Positions 55,648 to 64,000 of a DNA stretch of 64,000 bases are shown here, one piece after another. Positions within the stretch are counted from its first letter, which is position 1. Each line of letters starts with the position of its first letter. The stretch is from Pseudomonas marincola (GTDB taxonomy: Bacteria; Pseudomonadota; Alphaproteobacteria; Sneathiellales; Sneathiellaceae): positions 162,334 to 226,333 of the forward strand of contig JBALWO010000001.1 of the NCBI GenBank assembly GCA_036960775.1, read 5' to 3'. The translations under genes and the position numbers were made by a program. The notes beneath the pieces are model-generated. The model was given only the letters and a program-made list of their open reading frames with translations, was not told the origin of the DNA and searched no databases.

Positions 55648-56978
55648 AAGCTGTGGATTCAAATTTGATTTCAAGGCTATCACAGGACGAGCGTGGTTCA
55701 GTTTTAGTTTGGCTGGCTTTTACTTTTTTACTTCTGTTTGGATCTTTAGCTTTGGCCGTTGATTTGGCACGGGTTTTTGTCTTTCAAACTCGACTGGATC
55801 TGGCAGCTGAGGCATCTTCATTGATAGCAGCCCAAAATTTATACCTGTTATCCGAAGACAATCTATTTGCATTGGCCTACGAAGTTGCTCGGAATAAAGT
55901 GGAAGATAATCCTTTTCCGTCTTTTACGACAGCGGGAGTGTTATTAGATGATTTTTCAATTTCGAAAACTGACGATGATGTAGGTGTAGAAGTTTCTCTT
56001 AAAGGGAAATTGCCGACAACGTTGCTGCGGTCTCTAAATTTTTTTGAGGACATTGAGGTCCAGGCAACCGCGATTGCAGAAATGACCTTCTCCAAAACAG
56101 AACTGGTTATGGTTATGGATAGTTCGTTAGCGGTAGAGGCAAGCGGAAAACTGAGTGAAATCAAGGCCGCAGCGACTTATGTCGTTGGGCAATTTGACCG
56201 GCTGGTTAGTGCTGGGAAAAAGATAAAACTCGCAATTGTTCCCAACGCAAACGTATTTATGAATGTTGCTCCCAATAAGGGATGGGTTCAATCTTCAGAT
56301 TGGCCAGATGAGATAATTCCGCCGACCGTTCCCGGTATCACCATGTGGAGCGGTCCTCTTGAAAATCAACGGTGGTGTGTTGGTAGACGGCTAGGAACTG
56401 CGGCCATGTTACCGGTCACGCCAATTATAGAGCCATTCCCGTTGATACTGGCAATTGATAAAGAAATGGGAGCGGACGGGGTCAATGTTTTTTCAGTTAC
56501 GACAGATGCCAATTGTGGAAATTCAACCATAAAATCTTTGTCAGCAAGCTTGCCTGGATTTAGCGGGTATATGGCAGATATCGACGCAGCGGGCGTTTTT
56601 GCAAGGGGGCGTAGTTTCGTCTGGGCCGAGCGATTACTGTCACCTGATTGGCAGGGAATTTGGAATGCGGATGTTGATACCCCGGTAGACTATGGAACAG
56701 ACCTGAGAAAAGTAGTTTTACTTTTAACGGGAAGCGGCAACACAGGGAATTCACAAGATGAGTTGGATTTTTCTGAAAGTTGCGAAAGACTGAAACAATT
56801 AGGTGTTAACGTGGCCATTCTAAATTATGGAAGCGGCGTCTCGACCAATGCTAGATATGAGAGTTGTATTAGCGTGGGAGGTTTTTATGGAACGTTTGAT
56901 GACAGTGCTTCGTTTAAAAGTTCTGTGGCTGATTTTGTGAAATCACTGACGTCCTCGCGGCTAACAGTTTTAAACTGA
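55644..56978 (+). CDS. tadG: TadG-like pilus tip protein with a degenerate vWA domain
   Basis: 'DERG|SV', 'AVDLAR', 'LDLAAEAS', then vWA-like 'ELVMVMDSS'. Confidence 0.82.
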   Translation: MKAVDSNLISRLSQDERGSVLVWLAFTFLLLFGSLALAVDLARVFVFQTRLDLAAEASSLIAAQNLYLLSEDNLFALAYEVARNKVEDNPFPSFTTAGVLLDDFSISKTDDDVGVEVSLKGKLPTTLLRSLNFFEDIEVQATAIAEMTFSKTELVMVMDSSLAVEASGKLSEIKAAATYVVGQFDRLVSAGKKIKLAIVPNANVFMNVAPNKGWVQSSDWPDEIIPPTVPGITMWSGPLENQRWCVGRRLGTAAMLPVTPIIEPFPLILAIDKEMGADGVNVFSVTTDANCGNSTIKSLSASLPGFSGYMADIDAAGVFARGRSFVWAERLLSPDWQGIWNADVDTPVDYGTDLRKVVLLLTGSGNTGNSQDELDFSESCERLKQLGVNVAILNYGSGVSTNARYESCISVGGFYGTFDDSASFKSSVADFVKSLTSSRLTVLN

Positions 56979-56981
56979 GCC

Positions 56982-57887
56982 CTACAGCGTTGGCAGGCTT
57001 TCCCAGTCTTCAGACATAACGAAAATGCGGCGCTGTTCAATCACGCGATCTCCACCAGATTTTCCAAAAGCGATATATTGGGGTCTATTTGTTTTGATGA
57101 GTATTTCTGTTAGTGCTTGATGGGTGTTCCTACCGTCCCAAATACGCCAATCTGTATCTAGTAGCCTGCTCATCCATCGCATCTTCGGTAAAATGCAATA
57201 TCGGTCAATATCATCTGCTAAATTTGCTTGCAAATCACTGATTGTACACCAAAATTGTATTTCACAATCTTCGGCAACGCGGCCGGGAAGTGTTGTCTTC
57301 GCCTCTGTTGTCTTTGCTTTTTCAAAGAGAACACCCTTTACAAATGGGGATGATTTGATAGGTCCGGATTTAATCTCAGAAAGATCTAAAGTTTTTTTAG
57401 CAACTTCAGTCGTGCATAGGGGAAGTTGATGGTCAAATAGGCGATCCAATTTTCGCTTAAGATTATCTTTTTTGAGAGGCCCCACCCAGTTTTCTTCTAA
57501 TTCTGAGGTTGCCGTGCTTGCATAGAATTTGATGGCAAGTTCCCAATGATTGACTTCTCCAGCATAAGAAAATAACAGATCTAACTCGCCATGAGTTTTG
57601 GTTTCATCCCGGATTTGCAAATTTGTTGCAAGTACGGTGACAGGTGCAATGTTTGAGAGCCAATAAAACACAAGATGCTCAAAATAAGTACCAAGGTTAT
57701 ATCGCTTCATTCCTGTGAGGAACTCTATAAGTGGATCTGGGTTGTCTTTAACGGACACCAAAAGCGCCGCTGTCTCAGGAAGAGACGCGAGATCAAACTC
57801 AGGGCGTGCTTTCGTGAGAAGAGGGGAGCTAATGACCCATTCGAGATCACTGGCCACATAGGGGCGAGTGTCACTTGTGTCGATCAT
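56982..57887 (-). CDS. DUF1853 family protein
   Basis: 'LGTYFEHL', 'NLQI', 'GELDLL', 'HWELAIKFY', 'WVGP'. Start set to ATG 57887 after GGAGGGGGAG. Confidence 0.82.
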   Translation of the reverse strand: MIDTSDTRPYVASDLEWVISSPLLTKARPEFDLASLPETAALLVSVKDNPDPLIEFLTGMKRYNLGTYFEHLVFYWLSNIAPVTVLATNLQIRDETKTHGELDLLFSYAGEVNHWELAIKFYASTATSELEENWVGPLKKDNLKRKLDRLFDHQLPLCTTEVAKKTLDLSEIKSGPIKSSPFVKGVLFEKAKTTEAKTTLPGRVAEDCEIQFWCTISDLQANLADDIDRYCILPKMRWMSRLLDTDWRIWDGRNTHQALTEILIKTNRPQYIAFGKSGGDRVIEQRRIFVMSEDWESLPTL

Positions 57888-57931
57888 CCCACACTCCCCC
57901 TCCAATGGTCCGTCATAGAAACCAGAGACGG

Positions 57932-59398
57932 CTAGCTGGTTTTTAATAGGTCCCGAATAACCAGCTCTAATTTGCTAAGTGAATTACACACTTCTGCAAC
58001 AGTGCAGTTGGGTGCAATCTTTGGCATTTCTGAATCGCCCGTGCCCCAAACAGATTTGCGTTCCGGGTTTAGCCAAATAACACGTTTTGCTCGCTTCTTA
58101 ATATCCCGCAAAATATCTGCCCGTGGATCGGCCCCATTAGATCGGCCATCGCCCAAGAAAATAACGGTCGTCCGGCTATCAATTTCATCGAAAACAAGGT
58201 CTTTGAAATCTTCCATAGCGCGGCCATAATTTGTCGACCGACCACCAAACATTTCAATGGCTTCTGGGATCGCCTCCTCCGGGCCATTATTTTCAAACAG
58301 ATCTGTAATTTCTCCAAGCGTCCCTGAAAAAGCAAAAGACCTAACGTTGGGCAGAACTTCGTTCATGCTGTAGAGAAATAGTAATAAAAAACGGGCAACA
58401 GATGCCACGGACCCACTAACATCGCAAACGGCTAGGACTTTCGGGCGATCTTTTTCTTTTTGTTTCCAATGAGTTTCAAAAAGTAGGCCGTCGTAGGCGA
58501 CGTTACGGCGCATGGTTTTTCGAATATCCAGGTGGCCGCGATTTTTGACCTTTCTAACCCTGGAATTCATATCCGTTAGGCGCCGCGCCATTTTTCGGAC
58601 CATGTCTCGCATAATTCGAAAATCACGGTTTTCGATATTAGAGAGGCGAATTTTTTTCAAAACTTCTTGGCGGAACTGATTGCTTTTCCCGGCGCTGGTG
58701 AGCGCAAGTTGACGCTCCACCATATCGCGGGTGGCTTCAAATAAGACTGTTAAGCGCCGTGACAATTCTTCGGCGCCTTCTTCGTTTTCTGCACGCCGTC
58801 TATCGCTAATTTCTTGATTAACTTCAGCAAGTCCCATCTCATCGAGAACTCGCCGGGTAAACAGGCCTCGCTGAGTGCTCAAAACAATGTTCGATAAACC
58901 AATGGCCTCTGCCGCAGTATTCATAGACATGGTCAGGCCAGTTCGGTCAGCCTGCTCTAACATCTCGAGTAAGGTGCTGGGCTGCATGCCGCTTCCCTCA
59001 CTTGGGGAAGATGCACTTCCTTCGCCACCACCACCGCCACCATCACCACTGGCGGACGGGGCGTTTTCAAGGTTGTCTAACGCTGCAAGTTGGGCATCTT
59101 CGCCGCCATCTGTGCTGTCGCTGTTTTCACTCTCATCAATATCACTGGCCTGTTCCAAAAGGTTTTCACCAAGATTGAGATCAGTGTCAATTGTGAAGAA
59201 ATCGTCAAAACATTGATCGAAACTAACCATTTCATCTGTGGTCTTTGCCATAACTTGAGACAAAGCAGATTTCAGTAAATTTCGATCGGAGTAGCCAAGC
59301 AGATCGATAGTTCGCGCAGCATCTAACACTTCGCCGATTGAGACAGGGACATCTGCATAGCGCAGCATGTCCACAAACTCGGCAAGAGGCCGGTTCAT
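57932..59398 (-). CDS. VWA-domain protein, CoxE-like
   Basis: 'LDIRKTMRR', MIDAS 'CDVSGSV', 'GRSTNYG', 'LGDGRSN', 'WLNPE'. Confidence 0.9.
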   Translation of the reverse strand: MNRPLAEFVDMLRYADVPVSIGEVLDAARTIDLLGYSDRNLLKSALSQVMAKTTDEMVSFDQCFDDFFTIDTDLNLGENLLEQASDIDESENSDSTDGGEDAQLAALDNLENAPSASGDGGGGGGEGSASSPSEGSGMQPSTLLEMLEQADRTGLTMSMNTAAEAIGLSNIVLSTQRGLFTRRVLDEMGLAEVNQEISDRRRAENEEGAEELSRRLTVLFEATRDMVERQLALTSAGKSNQFRQEVLKKIRLSNIENRDFRIMRDMVRKMARRLTDMNSRVRKVKNRGHLDIRKTMRRNVAYDGLLFETHWKQKEKDRPKVLAVCDVSGSVASVARFLLLFLYSMNEVLPNVRSFAFSGTLGEITDLFENNGPEEAIPEAIEMFGGRSTNYGRAMEDFKDLVFDEIDSRTTVIFLGDGRSNGADPRADILRDIKKRAKRVIWLNPERKSVWGTGDSEMPKIAPNCTVAEVCNSLSKLELVIRDLLKTS

Positions 59399-60345
59399 TA
59401 GCGCGTTACCTTTTTAGCTTCCGCAACCATCTTCGGAATTTCTATGTGCATGTTGTCAATGTCATCTTCAAATTTGAGAAGCATGTTCAAAGTATTACGA
59501 ACGATTTCAGTATCAAGGCTATCTGCATGCAAGAGAAGTAAGGTCCGTGCCCAGTCAATTGTCTCACTGACGGCGGGGAGTTTTTTCAAATCTTGGGTCC
59601 GCAGTTGTTGCACAAACGCCACCAGCTGGTTTCTGAGGTTTTCACTAACTTCAGGAACTCGGGTTTCAATGATTTGACGTTCACGGTCGCTGTCAGGGAA
59701 GGGAATGTATAAATGCAGGCAACGGCGTTTAAGCGCATCGCCCATTTCCCGGCTGTTGTTACTTGTGAGGAAAACGATCGGTTTTGTTTTCGCTTTGATG
59801 GTTCCAATTTCAGGAACAGTAATTTGATAATCTGAAAGAATTTCCAGCAAGTACGCTTCAAACTCATGGTCAGATTTGTCAATTTCATCGATCAATAAAA
59901 CCGTCTGCTTTTCCGATTTTATGGCTTGTAATAGCGGACGGGCTTCTAGGAACTGCTCAGAGAAAAAGTGATCACCAAATTGGTGCAATTTATCCATTGA
60001 GGCGTCAAGCCCTTGCGCATCCTCCAGCAGATCACCGAGTTTTTCTTTTAGGATTTGTGTATAGAGAAGCTGCTTGCCATATTTCCATTCATAAAGCGCT
60101 TTGCTTTCATCAAGACCTTCATAGCATTGCAATCGGATCAGATCTGCGCCCATAAGCTCGGCAGTTGCTTTGGCAAGCTCAGTTTTACCGACACCCGGAG
60201 GGCCTTCTACCAAAATAGGCTTGTCCAGTTTTTGAGACAGGTAAATGCACGTCGCAATGTGCATATCACATATATATCCGGCGCCTTCAAAACGTTTCTG
60301 AATGTCTTCGATGGCCGCGGTGGGCTCTTTATCTACAAGTGTCAC
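59398..60345 (-). CDS. MoxR family AAA+ ATPase, CoxD-like
   Basis: 'EGPPGVGKT', 'RLQCYEGLD', 'LLIDEIDK', 'DALKRRCL'; 1-bp overlap with the VWA gene. Confidence 0.93.
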   Translation of the reverse strand: MTLVDKEPTAAIEDIQKRFEGAGYICDMHIATCIYLSQKLDKPILVEGPPGVGKTELAKATAELMGADLIRLQCYEGLDESKALYEWKYGKQLLYTQILKEKLGDLLEDAQGLDASMDKLHQFGDHFFSEQFLEARPLLQAIKSEKQTVLLIDEIDKSDHEFEAYLLEILSDYQITVPEIGTIKAKTKPIVFLTSNNSREMGDALKRRCLHLYIPFPDSDRERQIIETRVPEVSENLRNQLVAFVQQLRTQDLKKLPAVSETIDWARTLLLLHADSLDTEIVRNTLNMLLKFEDDIDNMHIEIPKMVAEAKKVTR

Positions 60346-60591
60346 GTAAAAGTTCCATATCTGGTGCAGCGAACTGTGCTTGCGGTGTATTATTTTTTAT
60401 TGTTTTCTTCAAACCGTTCACTTCATTAGCAGGAAAAGTATCATAATTCCAGCTTTTGAAACTGCATCCAATTGCATCTCACTGGACAGAGAGTTCTGGG
60501 CGCGGTAAAAGGCGAGGCTAGGCAACAGCTTATTCGTGTAATTGAAATTGTATCCATATTGTCTGCCGCCACGGCGACGGAGTTTGAAAAA

Positions 60592-63243
60592 ATGACAACA
60601 GCAAAAGAAATTCGGTCCGGATTTTTGAACTATTTCGAAAAGAATGACCATCAGATCGTTGAGAGTTCACCGTTGGTTCCGCGGAATGATCCTACGTTGT
60701 TGTTTACAAACGCGGGCATGGTTCAGTTTAAAAACGTTTTTACTGGTCAGGAAAAAAGACCTTACGACCGTGCTGTGACAACGCAGAAATGCGTGCGCGC
60801 TGGTGGTAAGCATAATGATCTTGAAAACGTTGGCTATACAGCACGTCATCATACCTTTTTTGAAATGCTCGGAAACTTCTCGTTTGGGGATTATTTCAAA
60901 GATAACGCCATTGAACTTGCATGGAATTTACTGACAAAAGAGTTTGGAATTCCTCAGGAAAAATTGCTGGTCACTGTCTACCATGACGATGAAGAGGCCG
61001 TAGCCCTTTGGAAAAAAATTGCAGGCCTGAAAGACGATCGGATCATTCGGATTGCCACGTCTGATAATTTTTGGTCAATGGGTGACACGGGACCGTGCGG
61101 GCCTTGCTCCGAGATCTTTTATGATCACGGCGAGAATATTCCTGGTGGCCCTCCGGGCTCTCCCACTGAAGACGGGGACCGGTTTATTGAAATTTGGAAC
61201 CTTGTGTTCATGCAGTTTGAGCAACAAGGCGATGGATCACGCCTGAACCTTCCAAGCCCATCCATTGATACGGGTATGGGGCTGGAGCGGGTTACGGCCA
61301 TTCTGCAAGGCAAGCATAACAATTACGATATCGACATGATGCGGAAACTTATTGAGGCATCTGCGGAAGCCTCTAACGTTTCGGCTGATGGCGAGTTTGT
61401 CGCTTCTCACCGTGTGATAGCAGACCATCTTCGGTCATCTTCATTCTTGATGGCAGATGGTGTCTTGCCATCTAACGAGGGCCGAGGATATGTTCTGCGC
61501 CGGATTATGCGCCGCGCTATGCGCCACGCCCATATCTTAGGTGCTAAAGATCCAATGATTTGGAAGTTGGTGCCGGCACTTGTTGAAGAGATGGGCGCCG
61601 CATTCCCTGAATTGGAGCGCGCACAATCTTTGATCACTGAGACTTTGAGGTTGGAGGAAACTCGCTTTAAGGAAACACTGGGCCGCGGCCTCAAATTATT
61701 GTCTGATGCCACAGAAACTCTGGAAGACGATGAGGCTTTGTCAGGAAGCGTTGCGTTTAAATTATATGATACCTATGGCTTCCCGCTTGATTTGACCAAA
61801 GACATTTTACGCGGCCAAGACAGGGCGTTGGATGAAGCTGGGTTCGATACTGCAATGGATGCGCAGAAAGCTGCCGCTCGTGCTGCATGGTCAGGATCAG
61901 GGGAGGCCGTAACGGATCGCCTGTGGTTTGACTTATATGACAAACATGGCGCTACAGAATTCCACGGATATCAAACCGAGGTTACCGAAGGTCAAGTTCA
62001 AGCCATTATCATCAACGGCGAAGAAGCTGAAACAGCTGAAACTGGCGCTGATGTCATGGTTGTCTTGAACCAGACGTCTTTCTATGGCGAGTCCGGTGGC
62101 CAGGAAGGGGATATGGGGTCCCTGAAATCTGAAAACGGGCTTGAAATTGAGATTACAAACACACTCAAAAAAGAAAACTTATTTATCCATGTCGGTAAAA
62201 TATTAAGTGGATCGGTTAGTACTGGTGATGCCGTTGCGACCCATGTGGCAAGTGGCCGCCGGGCGCGATTACAGGCTCATCATTCAGCCACGCATTTGCT
62301 CCATGAAGCCCTGCGTCAGTTGCTAGGTGATCATGTTATGCAAAAAGGATCATTGGTTGCAGAAGATCGCTTGCGCTTTGACATCGCTCATCAAAAACCA
62401 GTGACACCAGAAGAATTGGCACAGGTCGAAAAAGATGTGAACGACCACATTCGGGTAAATGCTGAAGTGGATATACACATAACAACACCTGCCGAGGCTA
62501 TCAAATCTGGAGCCATGGCGCTGTTTGGTGAAAAATACGGTGATGAAGTCCGCGTTGTTTCCATGGGCGGACCAGATGCTGGTAAAGGCTCAGGTAAATC
62601 ATATTCTACGGAACTCTGCGGTGGCACTCATGTGAGGCGAACTGGCGATATCGGTTTTGTTAAAATCGTTAGCGAAAGTGGTTTGGCAGCGGGTGTTCGC
62701 AGGATCGAAGCCGTTGCAGGTGCAGCCGCCCTTGATTATGTAAATCAGCGAGAGAAAATCATCACTGATACTGCCGCAGCCTTGAAATCGGCCCCTGCTG
62801 AACTTGTTAGCCGGGTAACCGGTCTGCTAGATGAGCGGAAGCGCCTTGAAAAAGAGCTGAAGGACACACGGAAGAAGCTTGCAACTGGCGGTGCCAGTGC
62901 TGATCAAGCTGTAGAAGACGTGGCGGGTGTTTCTTTTGTCGCGCGCTTGCTTGAAGATGTACCACCGCGTGATCTGAAGCCAATGGCTGATGAAATCAAA
63001 GCGCAGATTAAAAGCGGTGTCGTTGTTCTGATTGCGGCTAACGATGGCAAAGCGTCAATTGTGATCGGCGTAACCGATGATCTAACAGGTAAAATCAGTG
63101 CGGTGGATTTGGTTCGCGCAGGATCTGAGGCGCTTGGCGGTAAAGGTGGCGGCGGACGTCCTGATATGGCGCAAGCCGGCGGACCAGATGCCAGCAAAGG
63201 ATCAGATGCTGTAAACGCGATTAAACTTGCGATATCCCAGTAA
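60592..63243 (+). CDS. alaS: Alanine--tRNA ligase
   Basis: '[12 protein letters not shown]', '[19 protein letters not shown]', editing motifs 'HHSATHLLH' and 'ELCGGTH', C-terminal '[13 protein letters not shown]'. Start set to ATG 60592. Confidence 0.98.
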   Translation: MTTAKEIRSGFLNYFEKNDHQIVESSPLVPRNDPTLLFTNAGMVQFKNVFTGQEKRPYDRAVTTQKCVRAGGKHNDLENVGYTARHHTFFEMLGNFSFGDYFKDNAIELAWNLLTKEFGIPQEKLLVTVYHDDEEAVALWKKIAGLKDDRIIRIATSDNFWSMGDTGPCGPCSEIFYDHGENIPGGPPGSPTEDGDRFIEIWNLVFMQFEQQGDGSRLNLPSPSIDTGMGLERVTAILQGKHNNYDIDMMRKLIEASAEASNVSADGEFVASHRVIADHLRSSSFLMADGVLPSNEGRGYVLRRIMRRAMRHAHILGAKDPMIWKLVPALVEEMGAAFPELERAQSLITETLRLEETRFKETLGRGLKLLSDATETLEDDEALSGSVAFKLYDTYGFPLDLTKDILRGQDRALDEAGFDTAMDAQKAAARAAWSGSGEAVTDRLWFDLYDKHGATEFHGYQTEVTEGQVQAIIINGEEAETAETGADVMVVLNQTSFYGESGGQEGDMGSLKSENGLEIEITNTLKKENLFIHVGKILSGSVSTGDAVATHVASGRRARLQAHHSATHLLHEALRQLLGDHVMQKGSLVAEDRLRFDIAHQKPVTPEELAQVEKDVNDHIRVNAEVDIHITTPAEAIKSGAMALFGEKYGDEVRVVSMGGPDAGKGSGKSYSTELCGGTHVRRTGDIGFVKIVSESGLAAGVRRIEAVAGAAALDYVNQREKIITDTAAALKSAPAELVSRVTGLLDERKRLEKELKDTRKKLATGGASADQAVEDVAGVSFVARLLEDVPPRDLKPMADEIKAQIKSGVVVLIAANDGKASIVIGVTDDLTGKISAVDLVRAGSEALGGKGGGGRPDMAQAGGPDASKGSDAVNAIKLAISQ

Positions 63244-63261
63244 TTAATTTTTAACCAGTTA

Positions 63262-63360
63262 AATAAAATAAGAACGGCAGGATCCCATCCTGCCGTTCCT
63301 TCTGTGCAATGCGGAAGCACAGAACGCCTCCGAGTGACTCCTCGGATTCCCCTCTGCACA
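63262..63360 (-). ncRNA. Candidate three-hairpin small RNA; strand inferred from the terminator U-tail
   Basis: Consecutive hairpins at 63329-63346, 63300-63324 and 63272-63298 (perfect 12-bp stem), followed on the minus strand by UUAUUUUAUUU; no plausible ORF. Confidence 0.45.
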
Positions 63361-63515
63361 TATATTTTTATGTCTTGTAAAGGGAAGCCAATTATTGAAT
63401 TTAATTGATGGCGATGATGTGGCAGCTTCATGATGAAAGTGTGATATATCGCGCACGCTCCACAACTTGCCGAGAAAAGTAGTGGCAGCGTTTCACATTC
63501 CGAAGAGGCGACAGA

Positions 63516-63538
63516 AAGGCCTTATAATAAAGGACCTT
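63516..63538 (-). terminator. Probable terminator of the TetR gene
   Basis: Minus strand AAGGTCCTT-TATTAT-AAGGCCTT then TCT, starting 10 bp after the stop. Confidence 0.4.
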
Positions 63539-63548
63539 GAGACAGCAG

Positions 63549-64000
63549 CTAAGCTGATTTCGGATTTTTAACCATTGCCCTCGTCAGGAATTTTGCGAGC
63601 AAACTGACAAACTCTTCACGGCTTTTCCCCATGCGGTAAGCTTGCGGTGCGGACGACTGAATTATCCCCATCATCGCATGTCCCATTAGCTCAGGGTCAA
63701 CATCATCGTAGAGCTCGTCTTTACTTTTGCATTCGGTCAAAATTTTGATAAAGCCCGCTGCAAATTTACTCCGCACAACTTTTGCCGTCGAATCTGTTGG
63801 GTCGAAAACTTTCGTATCGACAAGCGCAGAACGGAGCAACCCAGGGTTTTGTTCTGCAAACTCCTGAATAGCTGTTAGGGCGTAGTTGATATATTCTTCG
63901 AAGCTTTCGACGTTCGGAATTCGAGATTGTACGAAATCATGTAGGTCTTCTTGAGCTTCACTAGCAAAGGCCATGAATATTTCGCGTTTGTCATGGAAGT
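63549..64000 (-). CDS. TetR/AcrR family regulator, N-terminus beyond the window
   Basis: The frame stays open past 63974 to the window edge, adding 'FHDKREIF', which fits the end of a TetR HTH; all-helical C-terminal domain. Confidence 0.75.
   Translation of the reverse strand, partial: FHDKREIFMAFASEAQEDLHDFVQSRIPNVESFEEYINYALTAIQEFAEQNPGLLRSALVDTKVFDPTDSTAKVVRSKFAAGFIKILTECKSKDELYDDVDPELMGHAMMGIIQSSAPQAYRMGKSREEFVSLLAKFLTRAMVKNPKSA

Noticed and set aside
59020-59060. CCA/CCG-rich short repeat
   Set aside because: It simply encodes the poly-Gly linker of the VWA protein.
1-64000. CRISPR arrays, tRNA/rRNA genes, riboswitches, anti-phage defence genes
   Set aside because: No regularly spaced repeats, cloverleaf or rRNA signatures, or known riboswitch cores were recognised by eye. 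DUF1853 is the only nuclease-like protein and has no defence context. A covariance-model search was not run.

Overview
Alphaproteobacterial chromosome segment, moderate GC. A marine or aquatic lifestyle is inferred from gene content only. No rRNA, tRNA, CRISPR array or mobile element is visible. Left to right: the 3' end of a probable class-I glutamine amidotransferase; a DeoR regulator divergent from an aldehyde dehydrogenase and Fe-alcohol dehydrogenase pair; an aminophosphonate (2-AEP) uptake and catabolism block (DMT, LysR, ABC transporter, pbfA, phnW, Na/Pi transporter, GNAT); ugpQ and ung; a 7-gene operon (Mo-hydroxylase F and fused S-L-M subunits, 6-hydroxynicotinate reductase, ApbE-like UPF0280, DUF1185, ATP-dependent hydantoinase/oxoprolinase A and B); an amide/urea-type ABC transporter with a plant-NIC1-like nicotinamidase; phnA-phnY; ribokinase; a GntR regulator; beta-carbonic anhydrase; paaABCDE; two glycosyltransferases; a complete Flp/Tad pilus locus; DUF1853-VWA-MoxR; alaS; a three-hairpin candidate sRNA; and a partial TetR gene. 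Best leads: (1) a candidate variant of reductive nicotinamide/nicotinate catabolism in which an ATP-dependent lactamase occupies the position normally held by enamidase; (2) a split AEP regulon whose three promoter regions share one 15-bp LysR box across 27 kb. Protein family calls come from motif reading and recall, not database searches.
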